Shown: one piece after another, positions 1 to 12,831 of the stretch | Position numbering within the stretch: the first letter of the stretch is position 1 | How the letters are laid out: every line of letters begins with the position of its first letter | Source: Escherichia phage CMSTMSU | Sequence record: MH494197.1 | DNA: 64,000 nt | Strand: one strand, 5' to 3' | Position numbers and translations under genes: made by a program | Notes under the pieces: generated by a model | Seen by the model: the letters and a program-made list of their open reading frames with translations, nothing else | What the model was told of the DNA's origin: nothing | Database searches by the model: none

Positions 1-238
1 AATTTTGTCAACCAATAAATCAAGGTCAGATTTAACTTCAGGTTTCTTCTCAATACCATTTAGTAAGCTGTTAAGCTCTTGAGCACCCTCAATCGCTTCT
101 TGATGACTGGTAAATTGAACAGGCACATCAACACCATCTAGAACGATATTGAGTACTTTACCATCTACATAAGCGTAAGAGTAAGATTCTTTTTGAAGGA
201 AATGGTTTTGAAGAAAATGTTGCTCATATTGTTACTCC

Positions 239-580
239 TTATTTCCCAGATGCTGGGTATGTTTTAAACATATAGTGACATTGTACTAAATCATTGAATT
301 TCAATCCAAAATCTTTAGTACCCATCAGTGTGTGATAAAAATAATGTGAAATCTCATTGGTTTCTGCATCTTTAATATAGATACCGAACTCGGTACAGCA
401 GAACTGAACGACTTCATTATAACCTACTAATTTCGAAACAACAAGTACTTGATCATAAGAATTTGCATCAAAACGAATGATATACATATCTTCAGTTTCA
501 GGATGCACAATCATACCACCACGTGAAATTATTTTGACAAAATTCTCGCTCAAGTACTGAATTGTTGAACTCATGTCCAT
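239..580 (-). CDS. hypothetical protein (113 aa)
   Basis: ORF from six-frame track; ATG immediately follows stop of upstream ORF; no recognisable motif. Confidence 0.45.
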   Translation of the reverse strand: MDMSSTIQYLSENFVKIISRGGMIVHPETEDMYIIRFDANSYDQVLVVSKLVGYNEVVQFCCTEFGIYIKDAETNEISHYFYHTLMGTKDFGLKFNDLVQCHYMFKTYPASGK

Positions 581-904
581 CTACGACTCCTTGCGTATAA
601 CACGTCCTGTTAAGTGCTCGTCTGCACAGAACTTCATTATAAATGCCTTAAGATAGAAGTTGTCTAAGATGCGGTATGCTTGCTTCTTCATAACAACTTC
701 CTTCTTTTCTACATCTACAATTATATCATGTTCTTCATGAAGTTCCGGATCATTTTGTAAGTTTGGAAATTTAGTACGCTCATAACCACCTATATCCTCC
801 ATTTCCCATAAAATTCCAATCGCTACTGAAAGATCATGGTGAATTTGAAAATAGCCATTTGCAGCAGTGTAGATATAACCATGCTTGGTTATTGCATAAC
901 CCAC
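581..904 (-). CDS. hypothetical protein (107 aa)
   Basis: ORF from track, tightly packed with neighbour. Confidence 0.4.
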   Translation of the reverse strand: MGYAITKHGYIYTAANGYFQIHHDLSVAIGILWEMEDIGGYERTKFPNLQNDPELHEEHDIIVDVEKKEVVMKKQAYRILDNFYLKAFIMKFCADEHLTGRVIRKES

Positions 905-1093
905 TTCTTACTCTCGGAATGCATCTCACGCTTCAATGCATATGGTGAGCGGGTAGCTTCTCTGGCTCTGGCTCACGGTTTTCGTTGTAAATCTCTTGTT
1001 CGATTCTCAACGCTTTATGATATGAGTATACATGAATTAGACGACAAAGTACAATAGTAATGCAACAAATAATTGTAAAATATATCAGATTAA

Positions 1094-1513
1094 TCATTTC
1101 AACCTCTGCATAGAAACGTACTCGTTGATTGCATCAACTAAATCATATCCAGACATCACCGTATCATTGATGGTCACATTGTACTTTTTACGAACTTGTG
1201 TACCATCTGTTTTACTGTATAGTGATCCATCTGGTTGAATTGCTAAAGTATTGTTTAGAATAAAATCAAACATTTCTTCTTTTGATAGATTTACAGTACA
1301 GGTGTCAATATGATCAGTACTTACCAATTCACGAGTATGTTTAACACCGTACTCGGTGTGTTCACCTACACTACGATGCAATACCTTTAACTGCTCCGCT
1401 GCTGTCTCTTCGTCATAGACATGAATAGTTTCAGTACTGTATAAAATATCTTGAATATTACCAGTACTTACTTCTGTCCATGTATCTTTGAAATGTGTTT
1501 TGATTGTTTTCAT
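1094..1513 (-). CDS. hypothetical protein (139 aa)
   Basis: ORF from track; no recognisable motif. Confidence 0.45.
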   Translation of the reverse strand: MKTIKTHFKDTWTEVSTGNIQDILYSTETIHVYDEETAAEQLKVLHRSVGEHTEYGVKHTRELVSTDHIDTCTVNLSKEEMFDFILNNTLAIQPDGSLYSKTDGTQVRKKYNVTINDTVMSGYDLVDAINEYVSMQRLK

Positions 1514-1524
1514 ATTATCTCGTA

Positions 1525-1974
1525 TTAGTTATATGAAGTGAATAGATCAATACTTTCATCATCTACACTGATTAATTTACCAGTTGAACTAACAAACACA
1601 ATATTACCACCGGTGAGTTGAACACGCTGGTTTACTGAATATTGATCACTAAGGTTATAATTAGCCCATTCAACTACATAACGCTGTTCAACACCATTAG
1701 TATCATAAAGATAAACGTGTGTAACATCACGCATTTTTAAACGGTCTAACAGTGTAGAGTTATCCATGAAATCCGATGGTGTATCACTACGCAATGCAAT
1801 ACCGAACTCACCAATACCAGTACTAATAGTTAGACCGTTGGAAAAACGACTACAAAGAGTTTTCTCGTCAGCAATATGCATCCATAAAACATTCTTTACA
1901 TCAATCTCAATGAACTCACAATTTTCAAAAACTAAACCTACTTTAGAAACCTTACCATTAAATTGCATCATCAA
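1525..1974 (-). CDS. hypothetical protein (149 aa)
   Basis: ORF from track. Confidence 0.45.
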   Translation of the reverse strand: MMMQFNGKVSKVGLVFENCEFIEIDVKNVLWMHIADEKTLCSRFSNGLTISTGIGEFGIALRSDTPSDFMDNSTLLDRLKMRDVTHVYLYDTNGVEQRYVVEWANYNLSDQYSVNQRVQLTGGNIVFVSSTGKLISVDDESIDLFTSYN

Positions 1975-1977
1975 CTC

Positions 1978-2406
1978 CTATTTTTTGTATTTTAAAATAA
2001 AATCTCTTGCTGCTTTCATAAGTTTAAATGGAATAGCTAATTCTTTAACAGTACTATCCATGAAATGTTCTTCTTCTGTATCATAGAATGTTGACGTGTA
2101 GTGTTCACAATCATCAATTCTATCCCAGATACTTGGCGTGTCAGCAATAACAGTGATTTGTTTATCAGTTTTGGTATGTGCCGCATGTACCGTAAATCCA
2201 ATATCACCCGTTTCAACACGAATTACAAACGATTTATCAGATATATAGCTCAACCAGCAATCTTTACCGAAGTATACAGTACTGTGTTTCTTCTCAAATG
2301 TATTACTGTTTTCAAGTACATCAATGACAATATCAACCTCATTATCACTTAAAATTTTATTCATATCATCTTCCTCGTAGGTTTCTGGCAATTTCAAATA
2401 TACCAT
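1978..2406 (-). CDS. hypothetical protein, acidic-FQ-x-S motif family member (variant TEEEHFMDSTV)
   Basis: ORF 142 aa; C-proximal motif shared with paralogs listed in findings. Confidence 0.5.
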   Translation of the reverse strand: MVYLKLPETYEEDDMNKILSDNEVDIVIDVLENSNTFEKKHSTVYFGKDCWLSYISDKSFVIRVETGDIGFTVHAAHTKTDKQITVIADTPSIWDRIDDCEHYTSTFYDTEEEHFMDSTVKELAIPFKLMKAARDFILKYKK

Positions 2407-2770
2407 TTATGTTGTCAACTGACAATCCACACATATCGTATAATGTAGATAGCTGAAAGAACATATCTTCATCTATAGTAACATGTTCAATCTGCATTTG
2501 CAAGAGCACTTCACCAAGAAAATGATCGTATGTTTGTATCTTAAAAGAATCATAATATATATCAATGAAGAATTTTGGCACACCATAGAACGAAACGACA
2601 AGTACAATGTTGTCAGAAGCTTCACATGGAACACTCAATGTATTTTTAAATGAACGGTATTCAAATGTGTACGGGTCTACGTCACATGTATAGAATGAAC
2701 TACACCCTTCAGAAAATATTACACCATTTTCAATTAGCATAGATAGTGTATGTGGTGGAATTTTCAACAT
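2366..2770 (-). CDS. hypothetical protein, acidic-FQ-x-S motif family member (DEDMFFQLSTL)
   Basis: ORF 134 aa; conserved motif; true start probably an internal Met. Confidence 0.5.
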   Translation of the reverse strand: MLKIPPHTLSMLIENGVIFSEGCSSFYTCDVDPYTFEYRSFKNTLSVPCEASDNIVLVVSFYGVPKFFIDIYYDSFKIQTYDHFLGEVLLQMQIEHVTIDEDMFFQLSTLYDMCGLSVDNINGIFEIARNLRGR

Positions 2771-3053
2771 TTAAATGTTTATCCTTTATTTTGTTGTACG
2801 TTTTATGTAGTACACCACAAATATAAAATAATTTACTTAGATTAGAATAACTTATGTTAGTTAGATCGTATACGAAATTTAGTTGCATGTACATATCTTC
2901 AGTTAAATCATACAACGATTCATCCACATCAATTACGATTTTGTGCGTGGTATCAATCTCTACTTTATTAGGCCACATATCAATAACATAATCATTACCA
3001 TGTTTTTCAGATATGGAAATGAACACATTATCGCTTTGTTCTAAAAACTCCAT
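2730..3053 (-). CDS. hypothetical protein, possible diverged family member
   Basis: ORF 107 aa; motif-like TEDMYMQLNFV. Confidence 0.4.
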   Translation of the reverse strand: MEFLEQSDNVFISISEKHGNDYVIDMWPNKVEIDTTHKIVIDVDESLYDLTEDMYMQLNFVYDLTNISYSNLSKLFYICGVLHKTYNKIKDKHLNVENSTTYTIYAN

Positions 3054-3204
3054 GTATCCGTTAAGAAATGATCCAGTTATTATCTCATATTCACCAGAAT
3101 AATACGTTGTTCTGGACTCAAATGCATTAAAAATATAAAACGATATGTTTGGTTGATATACTCATCCATTAAACTAATAACTTCTTTATTCATTACATTA
3201 ATCC

Positions 3205-3240
3205 CACAAGAAAAAGGCCGATTCATAATGAATCAGCCTT
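3205..3240 (-). terminator. rho-independent terminator (hairpin plus U-tract)
   Basis: Imperfect 13 bp inverted repeat aaggccgattcat/atgaatcagcctt followed on minus-strand RNA by UUUUUCUU. Confidence 0.5.
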
Positions 3241-3429
3241 AAGTATAACACAGTAGAAGTAAAATGTCAACTTCTAAAATACAGTATCAAAGAGGAATAA
3301 AAAGATACTGTTAGAGGGTAATGAATATAATGAACCATGAGGGTGATATCATTATACTTTAAAAGAGTGATAGCTTCTAGACAAAAGGAGGAATTCAGTA
3401 CCGACTAGAAGCTATCCGGTTAAACGATT

Positions 3430-3633
3430 TCAGTACTGAATGTTTAGTTTAGGATGAGTATGTCCATCTTCGATTTGCTTTAGAATCGAGTCGCGGATCT
3501 CTACTGCACCCTGATAACTGTATTTATCGTTCGGAACTACCCATGTATATTCACCATCAGTGGTTTTAAAATCAATACATGGATTGTCTCTGTATTCAGA
3601 TGCAATGATTGAAATAACATGCAATGAATTCAA
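3430..3633 (-). CDS. hypothetical protein (67 aa)
   Basis: ORF from track. Confidence 0.4.
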   Translation of the reverse strand: MNSLHVISIIASEYRDNPCIDFKTTDGEYTWVVPNDKYSYQGAVEIRDSILKQIEDGHTHPKLNIQY

Positions 3634-4039
3634 TGAATGATTTGTATAAGGATAATTGTTATTGTCTCGGAACGTGAATGTTTTAGTTCATCAGGTGCAA
3701 CAATAAATTCCATTATTCATCCTCGTACTTCTTGAATGGTGGAACATCTCCATTGAAGTCTTTGCACATCTTAGTTGCACGAACTTCAGTATTGTTGTGG
3801 TAATTTTTCTTAAATTCATAAGAAACATAATTACGAATACCGTGTATGAATAATAGCAAGAACCAATGTACGACCAAATAAGCATAACAAATTCAAAACA
3901 TATTAAGCTCCGAGTTATGGATTAATCAAACGACACATACCAACTATAACATTTATCTCTTCTAATGTCAAGTCACCAATGTCATTTATCATTGAGTACT
4001 GGAATAATGACTCTTCTGTGTACTCAAAATCACGTACTG

Positions 4040-4273
4040 CTATAAAATTGGCTCCTTAGAAACATCTAATGTTATCTTAGCCATTGTACTATATAAATCA
4101 AATTGATACAAAATATTAGGAGAAGTATATGCTATGTATAAATTATTAGATTCTGATGGATGTACCAGTGTGAATACATCATAACATAATATTTTTATGT
4201 TAGGATCATCAAAATTACCAGTATGAAGATTCTTACGAACATCTTGCATTATACGAGTTATTAAACTAGTCAT
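4040..4273 (-). CDS. hypothetical protein (77 aa)
   Basis: ORF from track. Confidence 0.4.
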   Translation of the reverse strand: MTSLITRIMQDVRKNLHTGNFDDPNIKILCYDVFTLVHPSESNNLYIAYTSPNILYQFDLYSTMAKITLDVSKEPIL

Positions 4274-4565
4274 TAAAGGGATTTGGAACCTCTTCTGGAA
4301 TCAATCTTTGAACTTTAAGTATAGCTTTAATGTCCTCAAATGTCAATCCATTTAGATCGTTTACGAGACAGTACTGGAAGAATTTTTCTTCAGTATCTAT
4401 ATCGTCAAAATTCAATTCAATTCCAGTGTCATAATAATCACTATTTACATTAGCAATTCTGATTTTAACTCGTTCAAAATACACATCAAATGAATAAAAA
4501 TGATCATTGATTTCATAACCAAGAAAAATATTAAAACATTTACTCAAATCAGTGGTTTCGTTCAA
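4266..4565 (-). CDS. hypothetical protein, acidic-FQ motif family member (TEEKFFQYCLV)
   Basis: ORF 99 aa with conserved motif. Confidence 0.45.
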   Translation of the reverse strand: MNETTDLSKCFNIFLGYEINDHFYSFDVYFERVKIRIANVNSDYYDTGIELNFDDIDTEEKFFQYCLVNDLNGLTFEDIKAILKVQRLIPEEVPNPFND

Positions 4566-4697
4566 ATCGTCATCATAGCAAAAACTCTAACTTCACCAAT
4601 ATCTTTTAATTGTACATCATGTAGTGACCATGCGTTGTTTTTAATACGTAGTTCACCATTTTAACAATGTTGTATTTCATAGTGTACCTTTATTTTG

Positions 4698-4770
<73 letters not shown>

Positions 4771-4773
4771 TGA

Positions 4774-4856
<83 letters not shown>

Positions 4857-4907
4857 AGAAGTAAGATAACCAACAAGTCTCCATACTCTTTCGCATTGAG
4901 GGGAGGC

Positions 4908-4968
<61 letters not shown>

Positions 4969-5020
4969 GCCAAGTGTCGGCATAGGTGCAGCACTATAAA
5001 GTTCTTCAAGCTGTTTGGCA

Positions 5021-5110
<90 letters not shown>

Positions 5111-5112
5111 TA

Positions 5113-5237
<125 letters not shown>

Positions 5238-5256
5238 GCATACTCGAAGTACCTCT

Positions 5257-5294
<38 letters not shown>

Positions 5295-5313
5295 AACTGA
5301 ATACTTACATCCC

Positions 5314-5348
<35 letters not shown>

Positions 5349-5400
5349 ATAGGCACACACGGAACTGCTTTATAAGCTACTGAATCGGGAATCACAACCT

Positions 5401-5660
<260 letters not shown>

Positions 5661-5724
5661 TAATACCCGCTAGTAGTTTAAGTCTGCGGCGTTGAAGACA
5701 CCAAGTGAAGTCTTACCACGTAGT

Positions 5725-5964
5725 TTAGGTGAAATGACATATTTTGTCAATTTCTTTTACCGTACCAGTGATTGAATTCGTCTTCAGTAACATGTGGGTT
5801 CTGGAAATCGTATTCACGTTTCTTATGAAGTTTTTAGCTTGTTCTGCAATCTTAGTTCGTTGATCTTCTGGAATGTCGAATGTATTGTTACGTTTGCACC
5901 ATTCGTGCACTAATGCTTCCAGAAGGAACTGTTCAGTTTCTTTGACTAGAGTGATTTTAGTCAA
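5725..5964 (-). CDS. hypothetical protein (frame-interrupted, probably extends upstream)
   Basis: ORF 79 aa; upstream coding continues in another frame. Confidence 0.35.
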   Translation of the reverse strand: MTKITLVKETEQFLLEALVHEWCKRNNTFDIPEDQRTKIAEQAKNFIRNVNTISRTHMLLKTNSITGTVKEIDKICHFT

Positions 5965-6075
5965 GCCTTTTCGATGTTCATATAATCATCGACATATCCA
6001 TTCCAAATAACAATCTCTGGATTGCCGTCAATCTCTTGAAGCATTTTGATCAAGTCATTCTTTTCATTTAAATTC

Positions 6076-6321
<246 letters not shown>

Positions 6322-6341
6322 AAGTATGCCATATTTGTTTC

Positions 6342-6527
6342 CTATGAAATGAATGTAGCGTTAATTCCCATTATAAATGCAAATATACCAAACAATATCA
6401 GACCGATTGGTACAAAGATCATAGATCTATTTCCATGTTTCGATAAAAATCGTTCAACTGTAATTAAACGTATTGATATCGGAACCATTATAATAATATA
6501 CAATATTGAAAGAATTAAAAGTTGCAT
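6342..6527 (-). CDS. small membrane protein (two predicted TM helices)
   Basis: 61 aa, two hydrophobic stretches ILSILYIIIMVPI and IFVPIGLILFGIFAFIMGI. Confidence 0.4.
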   Translation of the reverse strand: MQLLILSILYIIIMVPISIRLITVERFLSKHGNRSMIFVPIGLILFGIFAFIMGINATFIS

Positions 6528-6556
6528 TTTAATTTCCTATTGTAATTTCGTTTTTG

Positions 6557-6961
<405 letters not shown>

Positions 6962-7000
6962 ATATCAATACTTAATACTACTGTCCAGTACTATTTTCAG

Positions 7001-7069
<69 letters not shown>

Positions 7070-7426
7070 GCGTTTCTGGAATTCATCTTCTGCATCAGCA
7101 CTTAGCTGGAAGGTAATGTATTGAGCATTTATACTATTTATTATATCACGTAAAGTGTTATTTGTCCTTTTATTTCTTCAAATGATTCAAAAACAATTTC
7201 ATCGTCATTTATAAGAAATGATTCGCCATATCCATTGAAAATGCGAATTCGGATTATCTTGACACCAGTTATTGGTATGGTCGGTCGTTAATTCTGAATT
7301 CAAAAATGATTTAAGAAACTCTTCATACTTTGAAATGTCTTTAACACTCATATCACCAACTTTAATTAAAAAATGGATGGTGACGCTTTTAAACGCCGCT
7401 GTTAATTCAGCTTTATAACCACCGTT

Positions 7427-7636
7427 TTAACTTGCCTTTCGGCTACCTTGACGTGGTGCGTACAGGCTACTAAAAGCAACTACTGTAAACATATTTCCAC
7501 GCCTTACCCTTTTAAATAAAAGTCCATCCGGTTTTCCAGTTTGGTGAAGGATAGTCACCTCTAGTTTAAACCTGCTAGTCAAGTAATAATTGCCTATCGT
7601 CCAATTATCAAACCCGTCTAGGTTAACATTCACCAC
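7427..7636 (-). CDS. hypothetical protein (69 aa)
   Basis: ORF from track; sits downstream of promoter at 7712-7740. Confidence 0.35.
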   Translation of the reverse strand: MVNVNLDGFDNWTIGNYYLTSRFKLEVTILHQTGKPDGLLFKRVRRGNMFTVVAFSSLYAPRQGSRKAS

Positions 7637-7711
7637 TTCCTAGAGTACCAGAGATCTTGTTCTGGATTGCATCGACGTAACTTACACCATATACGTCTGA
7701 TTGTGGAATTC

Positions 7712-7745
<34 letters not shown>

Positions 7746-7805
7746 TTTACAAATCTGGACGTTCATCTTTAAACATATTAATCTCCTTGGTACTGAACTA
7801 TTTAT

Positions 7806-8218
<413 letters not shown>

Positions 8219-8235
8219 CTTTTTATTCATCGGTA

Positions 8236-8273
<38 letters not shown>

Positions 8274-8287
8274 TTAAATATGCTTTG

Positions 8288-8322
<35 letters not shown>

Positions 8323-8386
8323 AGAATCTAATGGTAGATAATAAGGATTCCACTTTATTTTTGGCGTTTCATCCACTCTTCATGTG

Positions 8387-8547
8387 TCATATTCGTACCA
8401 GTAGTTCAATTAAGTACATTTCATATGCTGGATCGTTGATAAGTTTATCATACAGATGTGGCTCTGAAATGAATTCCCAATGATACTTTAGCCATTTACC
8501 GATACCCGAATATCTAAAATTAATATCATTCATCCATTCTTCATGTG

Positions 8548-8551
<4 letters not shown>
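8387..8551 (-). CDS. small protein, MTHEEW family (54 aa)
   Basis: Manual translation MTHEEWMNDINFRYSGIGKWLKYHWEF...; ATGA stop/start overlaps with flanking copies. Confidence 0.5.
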
Positions 8552-8712
<161 letters not shown>

Positions 8713-8733
8713 GGTTTAACCTTTAATTAAAAT

Positions 8734-8814
<81 letters not shown>

Positions 8815-8818
8815 ATTT

Positions 8819-8934
<116 letters not shown>

Positions 8935-9019
8935 ATAGTCTGTTCCAATATTTATGATTCGGTTTCGGGATTAAATTTTATAAATTCATCTTTATGTTCA
9001 TCTTCAATTGCAATATCTT

Positions 9020-9241
9020 CTACGTCTTCAGGCCAGATTGTGGTGTCCCTTGGTAGAAGCGATAGTTATCGAATTCTGCACTACGTGTTCTTCCCTGTTC
9101 CCAACCAATAGTACAGTCATGATATACATCACCACTACGTGTACGAATGCTTATTGAGTCTTGTGTTTCATAAAGAACGTCAATGCGTGTGTTACGATTT
9201 GTATTGAATTTTTCAAAATGCATAGTAATCCCCAATAACAA
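9020..9241 (-). CDS. hypothetical protein (73 aa)
   Basis: ORF from track. Confidence 0.4.
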   Translation of the reverse strand: MLLGITMHFEKFNTNRNTRIDVLYETQDSISIRTRSGDVYHDCTIGWEQGRTRSAEFDNYRFYQGTPQSGLKT

Positions 9242-9244
9242 TTG

Positions 9245-9463
9245 TTATTCTTGTGGTTTAGTTACACCAACACCAATAATACTTTTAATATCAATATGGA
9301 TATTAGCAAGTTCATTACTGTCAAACGGGTTAGTTTCAGTTACAACAACAGTGGTGTCATTAACTAAAACTACTGAACCTTTTACACGGTATCCCTGAAG
9401 GAGTACTTGTACATTGTCACCAGCGTTTAATGAGTTAATAACTTCTAATAGAGTAGATTCCAT
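9245..9463 (-). CDS. hypothetical protein (72 aa)
   Basis: ORF from track. Confidence 0.4.
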   Translation of the reverse strand: MESTLLEVINSLNAGDNVQVLLQGYRVKGSVVLVNDTTVVVTETNPFDSNELANIHIDIKSIIGVGVTKPQE

Positions 9464-9473
9464 TTTATTTTCC

Positions 9474-9671
9474 TTACGGTTTACTATTTTTACGTTTTTC
9501 TGATTCGGGTACAGTTTTCATTTCACCAATACATAGTTCCATGATGAGTACACCTTTGTCATTATAACGTACTACATCTTCAATGTCAAAATGTCTCGCA
9601 CTATGAACAACTTCAATACATGCATCATCGGGATATGATTCCAATAATGCTACAAGTTCTGCTTTAGTCAC
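9474..9671 (-). CDS. hypothetical protein (65 aa)
   Basis: ORF from track. Confidence 0.4.
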   Translation of the reverse strand: MTKAELVALLESYPDDACIEVVHSARHFDIEDVVRYNDKGVLIMELCIGEMKTVPESEKRKNSKP

Positions 9672-9684
9672 TTTGGATTCCTCG

Positions 9685-9817
<133 letters not shown>

Positions 9818-9818
9818 G

Positions 9819-9998
9819 TTAATCAATTATAATTAGGTGTTTCATTTCTTCAGTACTGAAGAATAAGCTATCACTGATCCTGTTACCATTGGAATCTACT
9901 ACATAATATATATTACCGTATTTCACCACTTCAATTCCATCAATTTCAATACGTGGTAACATGCGGATAATATCATCAGCACCGTACACTGATGACAT
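9819..9998 (-). CDS. small protein (59 aa) with family-like motif SLFFSTEE
   Basis: Manual translation MSSVYGADDIIRMLPRIEIDGIEVVKYGNIYYVVDSNGNRISDSLFFSTEEMKHLIIID; below track size cutoff. Confidence 0.4.
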   Translation of the reverse strand: MSSVYGADDIIRMLPRIEIDGIEVVKYGNIYYVVDSNGNRISDSLFFSTEEMKHLIIID

Positions 9999-10040
9999 AA
10001 AACTTTTGTAGGATTAATAATTACTCTCATACTATATCTT

Positions 10041-10211
10041 CTATTTCCTAATTGCAAGCTCATAGATGAACCAGTGATTACTATCCGCATCAAGTACAAA
10101 TGATTTGAAAAGTTGTTTATCTTTTAACACATCATAATGACCTTGGCGTATACCAAAACCAAAAGGATTATGTTTAAATTTTAGTTCATCTAACCATTCT
10201 TTGTGTGTCAT
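10041..10211 (-). CDS. small protein, MTH(K)EW family (56 aa), distal paralog
   Basis: Manual translation MTHKEWLDELKFKHNPFGFGIRQGHYDVLKDKQLFKSFVLDADSNHWFIYELAIRK. Confidence 0.45.
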   Translation of the reverse strand: MTHKEWLDELKFKHNPFGFGIRQGHYDVLKDKQLFKSFVLDADSNHWFIYELAIRK

Positions 10212-10380
10212 CTTATTTTGTCCATGACTGCTATACTAAAATATGTACCAAAATCATCACAATTGATGATGTTGTTATAGTACTCGATTGTTACGCAATG
10301 ATATATACAATTCAAGCTTAAAATAGTATATATCTGCTGCATTTATATTATAGTGTAGATTAAACCACTCATCAAATGTC

Positions 10381-10716
10381 TTAGGCTGCATTATATTTAT
10401 CTTTATAAAAATCCATGATTTTAGTCAACAGTACTGCAATCGTATAATCTAAATCAGGATAAAGTAAATTGTACTGAAATTCTTCCTCTACACTATAGTT
10501 TGTGGTGCAGTACTGATAGTCTTTATAACCAATGGAAAAATGGTTAGGATACAATGTACAACGAAAACGATATGCTTCATCTGTCATATAATCATTGTAT
10601 TCAACACAGAAGTATAGTGATTTGGCATTTAATTCAATAAGCTCAACGAAACCATCAGGTAATGAATGGTTATAAATTACTGAATCTTCATTAAACCATT
10701 CATAGTATTTTTCCAA
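10381..10716 (-). CDS. hypothetical protein (111 aa)
   Basis: ORF from track. Confidence 0.45.
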   Translation of the reverse strand: MEKYYEWFNEDSVIYNHSLPDGFVELIELNAKSLYFCVEYNDYMTDEAYRFRCTLYPNHFSIGYKDYQYCTTNYSVEEEFQYNLLYPDLDYTIAVLLTKIMDFYKDKYNAA

Positions 10717-10802
10717 AAATCACTAATGGATACATCCAGACTTTGTATAGGTGGAGTAATGACAATTTGAACTTCGTTATTCATTTCGACCCTTACTATA
10801 TT

Positions 10803-11153
10803 TCACGTATGGGCTATCATACAGATCATAACTTTTTGTGCACGTTCTTTTCGGCGTTCATACATGATTCTATCATACTCTTTAGCTTTCTGATTTGCTT
10901 CATTATACAATTTTAAAATTAGCAAAAATGCATCAAGATCGGGATAGTTTGCTGGATTGATAGTACTCAGCATAAATCGTTCTTCTTCAGTTCTAGCTAA
11001 GTCAAATTCATACTTAATAGTTTTATACCCACTCCATTTATATATATGCGTTACTTTATTAGTAAGTACATTATATTCAACGAAGTCAGTACTACCATCA
11101 AGTACACGAGTAATCTTAATAGATGTACCAATGACAATCTGTACAGAACTCAT
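10803..11153 (-). CDS. hypothetical protein (116 aa)
   Basis: ORF from track. Confidence 0.45.
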   Translation of the reverse strand: MSSVQIVIGTSIKITRVLDGSTDFVEYNVLTNKVTHIYKWSGYKTIKYEFDLARTEEERFMLSTINPANYPDLDAFLLILKLYNEANQKAKEYDRIMYERRKERAQKVMICMIAHT

Positions 11154-11267
11154 TTCTGAAGTTTTAAAGTAAAAATGTTATTACGGCGAAGATTAACTTC
11201 TCGATCTCCAATGCGAACATGCTTAATAACTTCCATTAATGGTTCTGGGACACCACGAATCGGCATG

Positions 11268-11834
11268 TTAGTATTCCTCAACAACGGTTAGGAATCTATC
11301 CCAACCAGTATAAGTGAAATGATCAAAGTATTGTTTTTCGCCACCTACCATATATACTTCAATTAAACCGTGGTCGAAATAATTTTTGGTTTTAACTTCA
11401 GTTACAATTGCTTTATGTCTGAAACCATTATAATCAGTATATGTTACAATATCGTGAATTTTGATATTATCAGGTGTATAAGTGTTGGCGTTATTATTGA
11501 GAACATGAAGATGATGGTCTACGATTTCTTTACTGGAAATTACCCCAAATATGTTACCAGAAAATACTTTATTACCATTACAGGTCAATGCCCAGCCATC
11601 ACCAACTTCAATAGATTCAAATACATAATGTGTGCAAATTTTAGATACATCTGATGTATCCCAGTAATCACCATCAAGATTGGTGAATTTATAAACAGTT
11701 TTGAGTTTTTCGCCATCAAATGAAAGCAATGATACTCCGATAACAACCGTTCCGTCTTTAAGAATAATATTAAATTTATTATTTGTATTAAAGTATGCTT
11801 CTGACTCAGATGAGTTGAATTTAATAAAGTTCAT
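11268..11834 (-). CDS. hypothetical protein (188 aa)
   Basis: ORF from track. Confidence 0.5.
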   Translation of the reverse strand: MNFIKFNSSESEAYFNTNNKFNIILKDGTVVIGVSLLSFDGEKLKTVYKFTNLDGDYWDTSDVSKICTHYVFESIEVGDGWALTCNGNKVFSGNIFGVISSKEIVDHHLHVLNNNANTYTPDNIKIHDIVTYTDYNGFRHKAIVTEVKTKNYFDHGLIEVYMVGGEKQYFDHFTYTGWDRFLTVVEEY

Positions 11835-11997
11835 ATGTTCTCCTTAGTAAGTCATAGTATTATATCAGAGTTTCATTGCACTTACCAGCATGTTTTCATA
11901 ACTTCTGTGATGTAAATCATTTTATCTTTTAGTTCATAAGGGATGCAAATTTCACGGGCTTAACGTTGTGTTCTTTTGAAACTCATCCTCTTCGGAA

Positions 11998-12270
11998 TCA
12001 GCCGTAAAATGGATGCGTCACAAAGTTATCATCAACTGGACGATTATGTGGTTTCATTAATGCATCATGATTGACAAAATAATAAGCATCAATATCAGGA
12101 CGGAAATACAAACAATCAACCTTAATGCACGGGTGTAACCATAAGGACAAAGAATATGTTATTTGGTTACCAATTTGTCTTGGACCAGATGCAATTGTAT
12201 TGATGTTATTTTTATCTTGTACCATTTCATAAATGAAATCTATCATTTCACGTAGTTCAGATTCAGTCAT
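11998..12270 (-). CDS. hypothetical protein (90 aa)
   Basis: ORF from track; AAGGAA Shine-Dalgarno just upstream of ATG. Confidence 0.5.
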   Translation of the reverse strand: MTESELREMIDFIYEMVQDKNNINTIASGPRQIGNQITYSLSLWLHPCIKVDCLYFRPDIDAYYFVNHDALMKPHNRPVDDNFVTHPFYG

Positions 12271-12280
12271 TTTATTTCCT

Positions 12281-12308
12281 TAAAAAATACCCAGTACTAG
12301 ACTGGGTA
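12281..12308 (-). terminator. rho-independent terminator (hairpin tacccagt-ACTAG-actgggta plus U6)
   Basis: 8 bp perfect stem, 5 nt loop, followed on minus RNA by UUUUUU; contains AGTACT core. Confidence 0.55.
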
Positions 12309-12486
12309 TAAAGTAATGTTCAATCAGATTTCTTTTCGTAATCTGCAAAACAGTCAGGATTGTTGCACACAGTGAATCAACTGCTGCTGCGTTTTCATCA
12401 AGGGATTTCGCTAGTTCTTGAATCTCTTGAAGTTTTACTACTAAGTCAATTTTTGATTACTCATTACTTCTCCTATTGAATGTATT

Positions 12487-12792
12487 TTAGATGTTAATTT
12501 TGATACCAGATAGATCCAGTACTTTACGTATAGTAGGTTCTGGTTCAGGCTGAACAACCTCTTCAGGCTCTTGTACTGGAATCTTTGTGTTAATATTTAG
12601 ACCATCTTGAAGAATTTCAGGGATAATTCCATGCTGCACATCATTGTACATAGACACAACAGTTTCTGCACAAGATAACATTTCACGAACTTTAAACTGA
12701 TATCCTTGTGGTAAATCTTTGATGATTTCCATAACATCTAATAACTTCGTTTGTACATCAATAAGAATACTGTTTGATTTATCTGCGTCCAT
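12487..12792 (-). CDS. hypothetical protein (101 aa)
   Basis: ORF from track. Confidence 0.45.
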   Translation of the reverse strand: MDADKSNSILIDVQTKLLDVMEIIKDLPQGYQFKVREMLSCAETVVSMYNDVQHGIIPEILQDGLNINTKIPVQEPEEVVQPEPEPTIRKVLDLSGIKINI

Positions 12793-12831
12793 TAATCCAA
12801 CTCCACTACGTTATTTTTTTCTTTGTATTTA

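Noticed and set aside
3369-3416. 12 bp perfect inverted repeat gatagcttctag/ctagaagctatc with a Shine-Dalgarno-like AAAGGAGG in its 24 nt loop, considered as a plus-strand riboswitch-like leader
   Set aside because: No plus-strand start codon at a suitable distance and no plus-strand gene nearby; more likely an extended terminator or processing hairpin for the minus-strand gene ending at 3430.
3691-3885. Track ORF of 64 aa on the minus strand
   Set aside because: Low-complexity, Cys/Tyr-rich translation with no ribosome-binding site; probably an out-of-frame reading of a frameshifted neighbouring gene.
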